IMG/VR virus record: IMGVR_UViG_3300046002_006203
Span: 1-60,258 of that record
DNA length: 60,258 nt
Source of the DNA: a virus
Lineage: Duplodnaviria; Caudoviricetes
Direction: 5' to 3' (one strand)
Part shown: one piece after another, positions 45,185 through 59,200 of the stretch
Numbering within the stretch: position 1 is the stretch's first letter
Layout: each line of letters begins with the position of its first letter
Made by a program: the position numbers and the translations under genes
The notes under the pieces: model-generated
Seen by the model: the letters and a program-made list of their open reading frames with translations, nothing else
Database searches by the model: none
Told to the model about the DNA's origin: nothing

Positions 45185-47170
45185 ATGAGCGCAGCATATG
45201 GCATTTCCAGCTTTGTCGATGGCTTCTTTCAGGGCCGCAACTGGCGCAACTCGCAAGAGGATCGCAAGGACGAGAAAGCACGCCAGAAAAAACTGGATGA
45301 AATCACCTTCGCCCGCGAGGCGCGCGCCGCTGATGAATACGGCTGGACCAAATCCCAGCGCGAGAAGGCCGCTGCCGACGAAGAGGCGCTTCGCAAGGCC
45401 TACGCCGAATCTGTAGATGCGGCAAACGGTTCCTTCGGCGCTACGCCGCCAGACGCAGCGCCCCAGTCTTCCCCTGTTGACCCCGTGACCGGCGTTGCAG
45501 CCAACCTTGGCATCCACATGGGCGCGATCCAGCCCAGCCAGCAGGGCCAGCCGCCGAATGAACTGCTTCCCGCAATGCGCGTTATGGCCGGTCAGGTGAT
45601 GCCGCAACCGGCTGGCCCGCGCCGCGCATCCGTTGAACCGGCTGGCCCTGCCTTTGAGCAGTCCGGTCGCGGCGTTCCGCCAAGCCCTGTGCAGCGCGCG
45701 GCATCATTGGCCCCTGAAACCTCTCCGCGCCCGCAGGAAAACCCCGCAGGCCGCTACGGCCCCGCATTTGAGCGGGTTGGTCGTGAAGGCCAGCAACGGG
45801 CGCAGCCGCAGCAGACTTCTACGCAGCAACCCCAACGCCAAGGGCCGGATGGCTATATCGTGGCCCCGGCTCCCAGTGCCGCCATTGCCGACGAACTCTA
45901 CCAGCAGGGACCGGCTGGCGTGCGGTATATCCAAGATCCGAACAGCAAAAGCGGGCCAGCCTTCGAGAAGACAGGGCGTAGTGCGGCACCAATCCCGATG
46001 GGGATCATGGAGCCAGACTATAACCACAAATGGGGTGAGGATGGAGGCTTGCTTTCTGATGCTGGCGAGGCGGCAAAGCGCGCGAACCGGGCTGTTGACG
46101 GCATTCCGCAAGGTGCTTTCAATCTGATACAGGACGCAGCAGGAGTAACGAATACCGCTCTGAATCCGTGGGTAAAATATGCCACCGGAACGGAACTGCC
46201 AATGCCACCTTCTTGGCAGGAAAATGGGAACGGTGGAGCAACCGGAAAATTTGACCCGCCAACGCAGCCCGCACAGCCCGCCGCCGCGGCTCCGCCCAAA
46301 GGTGTCGGCCCGCTCAAGGCCAACCTGCCCAAAGGAGCCACGCCGCAGCAGCAGGCATCGGCTGACTCTGCTGTCAATGCCATGGCTGAGGCCGCATCGC
46401 CTGCCGTTGAAGCCGCCGCCGCAGCAGCAGCGCCAGAAGTCGCAGCCATGGGCGCTATTGATCCATCCAAAGGCCCGACGCAGGCACAGAAGGACCGCGC
46501 TTCTGCCTCGTTCATGGAGCAATACATCAAGGTCGGCGCACCGATGGTGGTTGAGGAACTGTTGCGCCAAGGCAAGGTGGACAAGGCCCAAGAGTTTATG
46601 ACCTTCATCGAGCAGGGCAAGACCAAGGAGGCCATGAAGAACTGGGCGCAGGCTGCCTTTGCGATCACCAATGGAGACATTGACACCTTCGCTGAGAATA
46701 TCATCGAAGGTTACAGCTTGAGAGGCTATTACCCGGACGGCCTGTCCATCGTAAAAGACAAGTCCCATGCCATCAAAGGCAAGGACGGCACCACAAGTGG
46801 CTACATCGTCACGTTCAAGGATGATGCCACCGGAAATACGTTTGAACAGGTTTACGATAGCGTGGACGACATGGTGCTGGCTGGCATGACCATGTTGGAC
46901 CCGAAGAATGCCTTCGATCTTATCTCTGCCCAGAATGAGGCAGCGAAGGCGGCCGCATTGGGCGTGCAGGAGAAGGCCGACAAGAAGACCACCGAGCAGG
47001 ACAAGCAGGTGATCGACCTTATGACCGAGTTGATGAAGTCGCCCGAAAACATGGGAAAGCCCATCGAAGAGATCAAAGCGATGGCCGAGGCTGCTATCCG
47101 TGGCGCGCCCAAGCCCATCCCCGGTGGCGCTCGGTCAGGTGGCGCTCCGCCTATCGCATACCGCCCCTAA
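45185..47170 (+). CDS. Ejection (internal virion) protein
   Basis: 661 aa, P/Q/A-rich centre; position before DarB. Confidence 0.65.
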   Translation: MSAAYGISSFVDGFFQGRNWRNSQEDRKDEKARQKKLDEITFAREARAADEYGWTKSQREKAAADEEALRKAYAESVDAANGSFGATPPDAAPQSSPVDPVTGVAANLGIHMGAIQPSQQGQPPNELLPAMRVMAGQVMPQPAGPRRASVEPAGPAFEQSGRGVPPSPVQRAASLAPETSPRPQENPAGRYGPAFERVGREGQQRAQPQQTSTQQPQRQGPDGYIVAPAPSAAIADELYQQGPAGVRYIQDPNSKSGPAFEKTGRSAAPIPMGIMEPDYNHKWGEDGGLLSDAGEAAKRANRAVDGIPQGAFNLIQDAAGVTNTALNPWVKYATGTELPMPPSWQENGNGGATGKFDPPTQPAQPAAAAPPKGVGPLKANLPKGATPQQQASADSAVNAMAEAASPAVEAAAAAAAPEVAAMGAIDPSKGPTQAQKDRASASFMEQYIKVGAPMVVEELLRQGKVDKAQEFMTFIEQGKTKEAMKNWAQAAFAITNGDIDTFAENIIEGYSLRGYYPDGLSIVKDKSHAIKGKDGTTSGYIVTFKDDATGNTFEQVYDSVDDMVLAGMTMLDPKNAFDLISAQNEAAKAAALGVQEKADKKTTEQDKQVIDLMTELMKSPENMGKPIEEIKAMAEAAIRGAPKPIPGGARSGGAPPIAYRP

Positions 47171-47175
47171 GTCGC

Positions 47176-47270
47176 TTGCTGCAATCGCACCAAATGGGGT
47201 ATGGGTAACGAACACCGGCTGCCATAGGATGTGTCAGCCATAGATACGACCGTGAGGGAACGTCTATGGC
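47176..47270 (+). promoter_or_regulatory. darB promoter and leader switch
   Basis: TTGCTG-N18-TATGGG; GGCTG.C.CAT-AGGAT-GTG.T.CAGCC (47217-39); two GCCATAG strands complementary to the start region CTATGGC. Confidence 0.7.
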
Positions 47271-50200
47271 GATTGACTTTGGCTTTGGCCCTATGGGCGC
47301 TATTCCTGAACCTCTGACTCCCGACCAAAAGCGGAAGAAAGTCGAAGGGATCGCGCTCAAGACGCAGGTTCCGGCCAACGTCCTGATGGCTCTCGATGAA
47401 GCCGGTATCTCCGACCATGAGGGCGCTGCAACGCAGATCGCGGCGGCCATGGCTCAAGGCAAGCCGCTTGATGCCGCAGTGGCGGATATTGCAGGCAACC
47501 CCGACACCGCCAAGGCGCTTATGAGCCGTGCCTATGACATTGCCGATGCGCTCTACCCGCGCGCCGCAGCGCCAGCGGCAACACCTGACACCGGACGGCC
47601 AAAAGAGGCGAACCTTTTGCGGGATGTGGCAGGGGTATTGGCGGTCGGCGCATCTGATGGCGCCGCAATGGGCGTTGAGTATCTTGGGTCTGCTGCCGAT
47701 CAGGGCATTTCTGGTGCCGCCTATGCCGCGAACAAATACCTTGCGAACCCAATACTCGAAGGCATCACAGGCAAAAAGGACATGCTGCCGACAGCCAGCA
47801 AGCCGCTTGATGTTCCGATAGCGGCTACGGCTGCAAGGGTTATTGCAGGATGGCTGGGAGAAGAAGGGCTTTCCGGCTATCTCGATGAAAGCCTTGTTTC
47901 GCAAGCGGCTCTGGATGCAGAGCAAAACTTCATGCCAACGGGCGACATTACCGACCCTTCTACACTTGCATGGGGGAAAGATCCGACCATTCGGGGTGCG
48001 GTGATTTCAGGAGCGCGCGTGCTTGGCACAATGGTTCCCGTGATCGCGGCATCGCTGTTGAGCAAGAACCCGACAATTGCAGCCGGGGCGGTTGGTGGCT
48101 TGATGGCCGGTGGCGATGGGCAACGACTTGCGGCCGACACAGTTGACGCCAAATGGGCTGAGAAAATGCCTGATGGCCGGTCACGGCTGGAAGCCGAGAC
48201 GCCGCTTTTCCAGAAATACCAATCAGAAGGCATGACTCAGGAACAGGCAAAAGACCGGATCAGGTCCGATGCTATGGCGTGGTCTGGTAATCTTCAGGCC
48301 GTCGTTGGCGCGTTTGGCGGTGCAGCAACCGGCGCAATAGCACGCGGAGGGCTTGCTAGAGCGGCGGGTGGGGGGATGGCCCAACGTGCGTCCGTATCCG
48401 GCATTGGGGCTGGGCTTGAAGAAGGCGCCCAAGAGGTTACGGAGGGTGTCGCCGCCCGAACCGGCATCAACATAGGTGCCGGAACTGATATCAGTGTCAC
48501 CGCCGAGTCATTTCCCAACGCAGTCCTTGGCGCAATGGGCGGCGGGCCTTTTGGTGCTATCGCTGGCGCAGCAAATGGGCCGCCCCAGCCTGTCAACCAG
48601 CCTAATCCCATCCCTCCCCAAACCTCTGGCGATGGCAGCGCCAGGGGCCAGGCTCCCGATATTGGTGCAGACGCCGGTTTTGCACCCGTGTCGGGGGCCG
48701 ACCAAGGCTTTGGTGCGATTCCACCCGAAGCCGCTCCGGTGCAGCCCGCAGCCCCGACCGGCCCGATTTCGGCGGCAGCGGCTAAGGCTCCCGACATGAC
48801 CCCGCAGCCGGTGGCGCCGGAAGCCCCGCCCATGTTCCCTGACATGAAGGCAGGCGCGGAAGTCCGCTTGAAGGCACCGGATGGCAAGATCTACCCCGCC
48901 AAGTTTCAGCGGGAAGAAGGCGGGATGGCCGTTGTCCGCATCGGCGGAAGCGAAGTCAGCATGTCGCCGGAAGAGTTCGATATGGCGGTCTATTCGGCCC
49001 GCATTGACGACGTAGAGGCCGAAGCTGCTGTCACCGGCAAGCCGATCAAGACTGCGCCCACGGCAAGCCCTGACGAGATTTTCGGAAATGTCGGCCCCGC
49101 CGACCCAGTGAAGCCCGACCTGTCACGCCCTCCCGTGCTGGCCGGATCGCTTGCGGCCCAAGCGCAGGCGAAAGGCCCAGCGGTTGCCACGCCTCCAGTG
49201 ATCGCTGGGCCTGCTATTCCCGCTAATCCACCCGCCGACGCCGGAAACAAGGCAAGCGAATTGCCTTCGGCCTTGGGCAGCATGGGAAAGGGAATGGCCG
49301 ATGGCCTCTATGATATGCTCTGGTCCAACGTCGAAAAGGGCAGCGTCAAGGATGCCAGCGGGTCCACAGACCCTATCCTGAAAGCCGCCAAGCGCGTGCG
49401 CTCCGTCGCTGGCAACACCCTGACTCGTGAAAACTTCAAGGAGTTTGCCCAGTCGCATTTCGCAATGATGCAGTTGCCGATTGAACAGCGCAGCAAGGTC
49501 TATGCGGAACTGGTGGCGAAATACACACCGGCAACCGGAGGTCAGAAAGATGGCGAAGCAACCACAGCCACCGTTCCCAACCCCGCAGCAAGCGGCGGAT
49601 TGGCTGGCACGGCACAAAATGATCCTGCCATCGGAAGCGCAGGAGATCCGCAACCTGCTGTGGAAGCAGGACTCAATCTGGATCGGCCCACAGAGTCACC
49701 TGTATCCAGCAATGACCAAGATCGCGGTTCTGAATTGGCCGATGCCGAGCCTGTCGGTCCACTGACCGGCAAAGTCGGCCAGCATTTCGCTGCCGGTGAC
49801 GAGCCGTTTACGACGAGCGGACGCAAAACCACGCCATTCCCGAAGATCGACGCCGCCTCTGAACGCAAGACTGCCAACACGGTCAAGCGGGTTGAACAAT
49901 GGCTGATGGCAAACGCTCTGGCCGAGGCCGAAGCGCGCGGTGACGACTTCAACGCCACCATGTTCCGCGCCAATCTCGAAAAGCCCAGCCAGTCGGACAA
50001 GGACTCCGCAGAGGCTTATTTGTTCGATGATGCCATGTCGGCAAAGAACATGCCGCCCGCGCCGAAGATCACCAAGCCTCTGGTGGCCGACAAGCCAGCA
50101 GACAAGCCGGATGAAAAACCGGAAGAGAAAAAGGAACCGTCCCTGCGCTGGGACACAGCCAAGGATTCTGGCCGCATTCCAGACGGCTATAGCGTGGAGG

Positions 50201-53200
50201 TTCAGGACGGCGATGTGTTTGGCTTCTACGGGCCGAACCGCAAGCAATTCTTCCCCGCTGGCCGAACCTTCATGGCGGAACGGGATGCCTCACAACACGA
50301 ACGCGACGTTGATGTGATGCTTAACCGAATGACTCAGCGGGCGGCGAAGAACGCGGATCGTGACGCCGAGGATGATAAGAAGCCGGATCAACCGGCCACC
50401 CCTGAATCCGCGCCTGAGGACGGCGCCGATACATCCAATGCGGCCCAGATGGACGCCGCTGCCGCCGAGGCCGACCCCAATCCGACACCGGCGCAGGCCG
50501 AGGCTGGCAACTACAAGCACGGCCATATCATGTGGAACGGGCTGGATCTGACCATCGAGAATGCCAAGGGTTCAACCCGCACCGGCGTCTCTGCCGATGG
50601 GCAGGAGTGGTCCGTCACGATGCCAGCGCACTATGGCTACATCAAGCGCACCACCGGCGCGGATGGTGAGCATGTGGACGTTTACATCGGGGAATCGCCG
50701 GAAAGCGATTTCATCATGGTGGTCGATCAGGTTGACGCCGAAACCAAGGAGTTTGACGAGCATAAGGTAATCATCGGCATCACCAGCGCGGCCAATGGCA
50801 AGGCGCTCTATGAGGCAGGTTTCTCGGACGGCAAAGGCGCGGCCCGCTTCGGAGGCGCGCGGAAAATGACCGTGGACGAGTTCAAGACTTGGCTGGAGGA
50901 AGGCGACCTTTCAAAGCCGGTCACGAACAAGGTCAGGGCGGCGCCGGGGCCGAAGATCGAGGACTTCGGGCAGAAGATTGGCGGCGCACGCAAGGACAAG
51001 GCTGCGCGCTCCATTCAGGATCTTCGCGCAGACCGCAACACCGCCACCATGACGCTGACCGAGGCATTCCCTGAGCCGGATTATGAGGCGCTGGCCGCAA
51101 ATGGCGTCGATGTTGAACGTCTCGCCTTCGCTGCCGTGGCGCGGTCCACCATCGAGCGCAAGCCGGTGGCACAGAGATACTGGAAGATTTCTTACTGGGT
51201 GAAGGAGGTAGATGATCGCCGCATGATCGTGGCCGACCTTCTGGATGGTGTGATTGATCTTCCGACCGCAATGAGCCGTATCGGGTTCTCCGGTGAAGGC
51301 CAGCCTGCCTTGATTGATATGGTCAAGCGGTTCCCCGTGGACATGATTGCCGAGGCGGCATCCTACAAAGCGCACCCTAACACCACCCACTTTTCCTATT
51401 CGACGGACCCAGCAACTGGAATCCGCACCTCTGTCACGTCCAAACGCTTCGGGATTGGCCGCCCGAATGACAAGAGTTACCGGATCAGCGCGACCTATCC
51501 GACCATTGATGATGCGGTTGTGGAAATCAAAGCCATGATCGAGGCGGAGCGCAAAGCGCGTGCTGCGGCTGGGCCTCTCAAGCGCACACGCAAGCCGGTT
51601 GCCTTGGGTATATGGGCTGGCAATGGCAATCTCTTCTATATCGGGTTCAAGGTTACTGACTGGGTGCAGTTGGCCGGTCCATTTGCCACCCGCGAAGATG
51701 CCAAGACCCACCTGAGCGAGAACCGCGAGTCTTTGCAGGAAGAGGCCGAAGTGATGCGGGATGGACCGGCAGAGCGCCGCACCACCAACTCGCCGCGCGT
51801 CGGGCCGGATCACCGCACCGGCAATGTGACACCGGAGCAATTCCAGAAGGCATTTGGCTTCCGTGGCGTGGAATTTGGAAACTGGACCACCGGCACGGAT
51901 CGTCAGGTGCGCTTGAATGAAGCCTACGACGCCCTGATGGATATGGCCGGTGCGCTGAATATCCCGACCGAGGCAATCTCGCTCAATGGTGCGCTGTCTC
52001 TGGCCTTCGGTGCGCGTGGAAAAGGTGGGCGCAACCCCGCCGCCGCGCATTATGAACCCAGCTATGTGGTCATAAACCTGACCAAAGAGAACGGTGCAGG
52101 ATCGCTGGCGCATGAATGGTGGCACGCGATCGACAACCATCTTGCCAAGTTGGATGCCGTGGGCAGCGACACGCCTGCCGCCATGTCTGGCACCAAGTCA
52201 AAGCGCCGCGACGAATATGCGACCGACCGCGCCCGCCGCACCGGCAGCCTGTCCGAAGCCGAGTGGACCGCGCTCAAGAAGCTGAAAACTGCCCTGACGC
52301 AGAAATCTGCGCCATGGTTCCTCCGGTCCCAAGCCTTCGACCGCGCCCGCTCTGAACCCTACTTCTCTACCACCATCGAACTCGCGGCGCGCGGGTTTGA
52401 GCGTGTCGTCACGGACAACCTGCAAGCGCGCGGGATGAACAACGACTTCCTCGCCAACATCGAAGAGGGTGCTGGCGCATATCCGACCACCGCAGAGGCC
52501 CGCCGCCAAGGTGTGCGCGATGCCTTCAATGATGTGCTGGACGCAGTTTCAGCGCGCCTGTCCGAAGGTGGCGGCACCAAGGTCGAACTGCCGCCCATCG
52601 ACCCGCAGCTTATCGAGGATGGACCGCAGGCAGGGTTTGAGTGGGAAAGCCCGACCGGCATCAAGAAGATCACCGCCCGCAATGGCGATCAGGTGACGAT
52701 GGAAACTCAAAAGCGCGGCGGTGGTGTTTACACGGACGATTGGCCTCTCGCTCATGTCGAGGACATGATCGACGCCGACCAACAGGCCATGTCGCCGGAG
52801 GGCATCGCTGCGCGTGAGGTCAAGGAAAAGGCCGCCGCCATCGCAGAAGAAAAGCGCTCTGCCAATGAAGCGTTGTCGGGCAAGGCCGAGGAATTGGTGG
52901 GCCAATTCATCTGGTCGATTCCGAAGGCCAAGCGGGGCCGTATTCCCGAAACCATCCGCTATGGCTCCATCGGCCTGCGGACCGGATCAGACTCGGACGC
53001 GATCTACCTGCCAAAATTTGTTCATGTGGTGCGTCTGGTTGACGCTGGCTGGCGTGTCCGGTCTGGCTTTAAGGGTGTGGAAAACCTGTATTCGCCTGAC
53101 CGCACCAGTTACGACAAGGTTTTCGACAAGAACCTGCTGGCCTTCGCCAAATGGTATGGCGACAAACTGAACGACGAGGCTGACACCGCAGAGGCAGAGC

Positions 53201-56200
53201 GGCCCGATGCCGCGTCGGAAGAGGATCTGGCACACCTCTTTGGTAAGGACGCGCCGGAACCGCTCAACGCCCCTGAGTTGATTGATCCGCCGGAAGAAGA
53301 GCCTGCCTCTACCGAGCCTGCGCCACCCGTGCAAGAGCCTCCTGCTGATCCGGCACCCAAGCCCGCACCGAGCGGCTTGAAGGGGCTGACGGAGGCGGAA
53401 AACGAGCAGTTGGCGGCCCTTGAGGCCCAGTTCCTCGATATCTTCAAGACGCAGATGAACTCCGGCCTTGATCCGAAACTTGTATCGGTCGCGGCCCAGA
53501 TTGGCGCGCTCTATGTGAAGGCTGGCACGCGCCGGTTCCGCGCGCTGATCGACGCCATGATGCAGCGCCTTGGATTGACGCTGGAGCAGGCACAGCCCTA
53601 CGCCCGCAATGCCTACAACCAGATCCGCGACGATATGGAACTGGCTGGTGAAGATATCGCTGACATGGACAGCAGCGCGGACGTGATCGCAGAAGTCCGC
53701 AAGATGCGGATCGTGGAGGCAAAAGCAGGGGGAAAGCCCGCCTCGCAAGGTGATGCAGAACCTGCTACAGTCGCGCCAGAGGCACAGGAGGGCGCTGCCA
53801 ATGACCAAGCAGGAAGTGGCGATGCGAGTAATGGAGTCGTGGCGGACGGCGCACCCGAAAGTGGTGACGCTGTGGAAGCCGGAACTGCTCCAAGTGGAAG
53901 CGGACGCGATGGCGGGGATGATCTTGGCGGAAGCGAAGGCGAATACGTTCCCGCTGGACCGGATCGAACCCCAAGTGTCGGAAGCGATGGCCCTGATGCT
54001 GCGTTCCCCGCCGCCGATGCCAACGCGGCGTCAGCGCAAAGCGGCGTAACTCCGCGCTCTGGCGTCAGCCAAGGCAATTACCAGATCACGGACGCACTTG
54101 GCCTTGGCAAAGGCACGGACGGCCAGAAGATCGCTGGCAACATCGCGGCAATCCGCCTTGCCCAGAAGATCAAGGCTGAAAACCGCTTTGCGACCAAGGA
54201 AGAACAGGACACTCTGGCCCGCTATGTTGGATGGGGCGGCCTGAAAACGGTCTTTGACGTGAAGAAGGCCAAATCCACCGACCAGTGGGGCAAGGCGCAG
54301 CGTGAGTTGAAGGAACTGCTGTCACCGGCAGAATATCTGGATGCTTTCCAGACAGTTTCCAACGCGCACTATACCTCCAAGCCGGTTGTCGATGCGATGT
54401 GGCGCGCAATGCGTCACTTCGGGTTCAAGTCGGGCCGCGCTCTTGAGCCGACCGTGGGTGTTGGCAACTTCTTGGGCGCGCAGCCCGCCGATATGGCGCC
54501 GGTCACGGAATGGTTTGCCTCCGAACTGGACACCATCACCAGCCTGATCGCCTATCACCTCTATCCCGATGCAACGATCCTTCCGGCGACCGGCTTCCAA
54601 GACGCACCGTTCCGCGATGGCTCGTTTGATATCGTGATCGGAAACCCGCCCTTCGGTGGCGAGACGATCAGGGACCGCAACCCCGCGCGCAAGCACCTGT
54701 CGGGGATGAAGATCCACAACTACATCATCGCCAAGGCAGGGATTCACCTTCGCCAAGGCGGGATCATGTCGATGGTGGTCACGCATCGGTTCCTCGATAC
54801 CGACAACGCCGAGGCGCGCGATGTGCTGGCAAAGGGATTCCGTTTCGTGGGCGCAATCCGCCTGCCGAATGACGCCTTCCGCGACAACGCAGGCACCGAT
54901 GTTGTCACCGATATCATCTTCCTGCAAAAGCTGGCCGAGGGTCAGGAGCCGGATCTTGCCGCCGCGTGGCTCGACACCAACGGCACTATCACCGTGGACG
55001 GAAAGCCAATCCGCGTGAACCGTTACTTCCAAGATCACCCTGACCATATCCTTGGCAAATCGGCCATGGACGGCACGATGTATGCCAAGGGCGGGAAGAA
55101 TGGCACGGAATACACCGTCCACGGCGATGGCCGCGACGTTGCGGCTGCAATCGACCGCGTTCTGACCGAAGGCATGGCCGCAGAGAAGGGCATCCTTGGC
55201 GACCGCGCGAAGGCGCTGGAAGAGGCTATTGCAGCCGAGGACACCTCCAAGATGGCAATCGGCAGCATGGCAATGCTGGATGATGGCCGGATCATCCGCC
55301 GCGAAATGAACCGCAGCATTTCTGAGGTGACGGAGCAAACCTTCTGGGGCGAATACGCAGAGCAATGGTCCTTGGCCGCCGACGCCATTGCCCAGATCCG
55401 CGACAACATGCGGGCCGGGAAGAAGCCGGATCAGGACCATATCGACCAGCTTCTTGACCAGAAGGACGTTGCCTACCTCAAGAGCGGAAAGAAGGCTTCC
55501 AAGCCCAGCCGTGTCGAACAGGCTTTCTACGATATCGTGGATGCAATCATTGATGGCAAAGCCGAATGGGCATTTGACGAGCAACTGGACCTGATCCGCG
55601 ACCATTCCGACAATAAGCGGATCGGAGCCAAGCGGTTCAAGACGCTGACCGGCCTGCTGTCCCTGCGCCGCAATACCCTCGCCCTGATCCGCGCCGAGTA
55701 TCAGGATTCGCCCAAGATTGAGGCCATGCGGAAGTCTCTGGACGCGCAGTATGAGGCGTTTGTGGCAGCCCATGGGTTCATCAGCAATCCGGCTGTGTCT
55801 GGACTTCTGCAAGGCGATATCGGGCCGGAAGTCGGCTTGGAGTCCAAGTATTCCGAGGAACTCAAGGGCGAAGTGAACGGCAAAAAGGTTATCGTTGAGC
55901 CTGAGTCAGCCACCAAATCCTCGATCCTGTCGCGCCGCGTCAACTATCCGCACAAGACCAATTTCACGGCAAACACCCCCAGCGAAGCCCTGTTGATTTC
56001 CATGTCGGAGCGGGGCCGCGTGGACCTTGCATTCATGGCTGAAACTCTGGGGCGCGACGCTGCCGAGATTCGGGCCGAACTGTCGCAAGGCAACGATCCT
56101 GAAATCTTCTTCGACCCCGAAACCGAGACTTGGGAACACGCAGAGGCGTATCTGACCGGCAATGTCCGCGCCAAGATGCAGAAGGCCTATGCCGCTGGCA

Positions 56201-59200
56201 TGATGGTGAACGGCGACGCATTGAAGAAGGTGCAGCCCGCGCCAATGACTTCTGACCGCATCGTTCCGGCAATCCGCAGCCAGTGGATTCCAGAAGAGGT
56301 CTTTGAGGACTTCCTGTCCGATATCGGGCTGAAGGAGGCCAAGGTCACGATCATGCCACGGGCCGGTATGGTCACGGCAACGGCGCGCGAAACGTCTTCG
56401 CTCACCGATTACGGCCAGCAATTCAGCAACTCGCACAAAACCATTGTCGATATTTTCACGGCAGCCGTGAACGGCAAGACGCTGACCGTCAGCTACAAGG
56501 ATGAGAATGGCAACACCCGCAAGGATGAGGAAGGCACCAAGCAGGTTACAGCCCTGATCGAGCGCATGGGCAAAGAGTTCCGCGCATGGGCCTATCTCGA
56601 CCCCACCCGCACCGAGGCCATTGTCACGGCGTTCAACGAGAAGATGAATGTGTTCCGCAAGCGTGAGTTTGACGGCGAAAAATACCTGAAACTGGTGGGG
56701 GCCAATACCGGAGCCGGTGGGTTTGAACTCCGGCGCACCCAGAAGAATGGGGCATGGCGCATCATCCAGCAGGCATCCGTGCTACTGGATCACGTTGTCG
56801 GGGCAGGCAAGACCCTGACGCTTGTTGCTGGCATCATGGAGCGCCGCCGTTTGGGACTGTCGCGCAAACCCATGATCGCAGTCCCCAACCACCTTGTCAT
56901 GCAATGGACGCGCGATTTCTTGCAGTTTTACCCTGCCGCGCGCATCTTGGCGGCCACGCCGAAGGATTTTGAGGGGGAAAACCGCAAGCGCATGTTCGCA
57001 CGGATTGCCACAGGCGATTTCGATGCCGTTATCATCGGCCACTCGTCGCTTGGTTTCATCCAGCCGCCCGAATCCGATTTGCGCGACGTGATCCAAGACC
57101 AGATCGAAGAGTTGCAGCAGGTTCTCGATGAAGCCCGCCGCAATGGCGAAAGCAAGCGCACGCTGTCCCAGATCGCAAAGCGCCTGCAATCCTACGAGGA
57201 CAAGCTGGACGAGCTGTCCACCAAGAAGCGCGATGATCTTGGGTTCGACTTCGCGGAAATGGGCATCGACTACCTCGCAGTAGACGAGGCGCACGAGTTC
57301 AAGAACCTCGAATACAACACCGCCCAGCAACGCCTTGTCGGCATGAACAACCCGACCGGTTCCAAGCGCGCCTTTGACCTTCTGGTGAAGGTCCGCGGCA
57401 TCCAGAAGCGCAAGGGGGCCGTCCACTTCGCCACCGGCACGCCGGTTTCCAACTCGCTTGTCGAAGCCTATTCGATGATGAAATACCTCGCTTACGATGA
57501 ATTGAAGGCGGTGAATCTGGCGCATTTTGACGCTTGGTCTGCGGCCTTTGTCGAGGCGGAAACGCGGTTTGAATACACCGCGACCCAGAAGTTGAAAGAG
57601 CGTAAGGTTATGTCGCGCTTGGTCAACCTTGGCGTTCTGTCGCAGATCTATCGCGGCTTTGCGGACGTGATCGACCGCAATGACCTTGAGCGCATCTATG
57701 CCGAGCAGATCCGGTCTGAGAACGCAAAAAACGGCGAGAACAAGAGTGAGCGTTTCCCAACTCCACGAGTAAAGGGTGGCGCACGCCGGTTGCTGTCGGC
57801 CCCGCCGACCGAGTCGCAAAAGTTGGCAACGGATTGGTTTGTCTCCCGTATGGCAGCGATCAAGGCGCGCGCATCCGACAAGGAATACCCGAAGATTGAC
57901 AATGCGCTTTGGGTTCTGTCTGACGCGCGCAAATCGTCGTTGGATATCCGCACGCTGCGCGCCGCATCGCAGATGGACCGTGATGAAAACGGCAAGGTCA
58001 TGCGCGCATCGCGCGAAATCAAGCGCATCTATGACAAGTGGGATGAACAACGCGGGACGCAGCTTGTGTTCTCGGACCTGTCCACCCCGTCCAAGAATGC
58101 CGACAAGGCCGCAGAAAAGGCGATCCGCGACTTGCTGCGGGTTGCGCTTGGTGAGTCTGAGGCAAAGACCTTCTACGAGAAGATCAAAGACCTTCCTTTC
58201 ATGGAGCGGTTCGAGGCGGCATCCGAAGAGGCCGAGACAATCGCAAGCGATCCGATCACCGACGAAAAGCGGCAGGATGCGATATCGGCTTGGTTTGCCG
58301 ACAATCAGGATGCGGCGGGCCTGATGCTGACCGCAGAGACTGGGTTCTCCGTCTATGATGATATGCGGAAGGTGCTGATTGAGGAAATGGGCATTCCCGC
58401 CCATGAGATTGCCTTCATCCACGACTACAATACGGCAGAAGCCAAGGCCAAGCTGTTCAAAATGGTCAAATCCGGGCAAATCCGCGTGCTGTTTGGATCG
58501 ACACCGAAGATGGGCGCTGGAACAAACGTGCAAGAGCGGGCCGTTGCACTGCACCACGTCGATAGCCCATGGCGACCGTCTGATGTGGAGCAGCGCGAAG
58601 GCCGCGTGATCCGGCAGGGCAATGACCTATACGATGCAGACCCAGACGGCTTTGAAGTCGAGATTCTGGCCTACTCCACCACCGGCACCTCTGATGTGGT
58701 GCTGTGGCAAGTTCTGGAGCGCAAGGCACGCTCCATCGGCACCTTCCGTCAGGGCGAACTGGACGCGGTGGACGAGGGCGAAGGCGACGCGGACAGCTAT
58801 GCCGAGTTCATGGCGCAATCGACCGGCAATCCCGTCTTCAAGTTGAAGATGCAGGCTGAAAAGGATCTGGTCGAACTGACTGCGACCACCTCCGGCGCTC
58901 TTCTGAACCGCCAGCGCGCCAAAGACTTCGTGTCGTCCTTTGATCGCGTGCGCGGGGATAATGCGGCCGCACTAAAAAATGCCAAGGACACCGATCCGGC
59001 GTCGATTTCATACACCTTGCCGACCGGCGAAAAGATCGAAGGCGATGCTGCCGAGTTTACCGCGGCGATGAACGAGGCGCGCGAGGCGTTCCAAGCCGAG
59101 GTGGATGCTTGGGATGATGCCTTTGCCAAGGTCAAAACCCGTCGCGCGCAACTGAACGACGAGGGCAAGAGCCGCACCGAGGCCATGAAAATCCTCAAGG

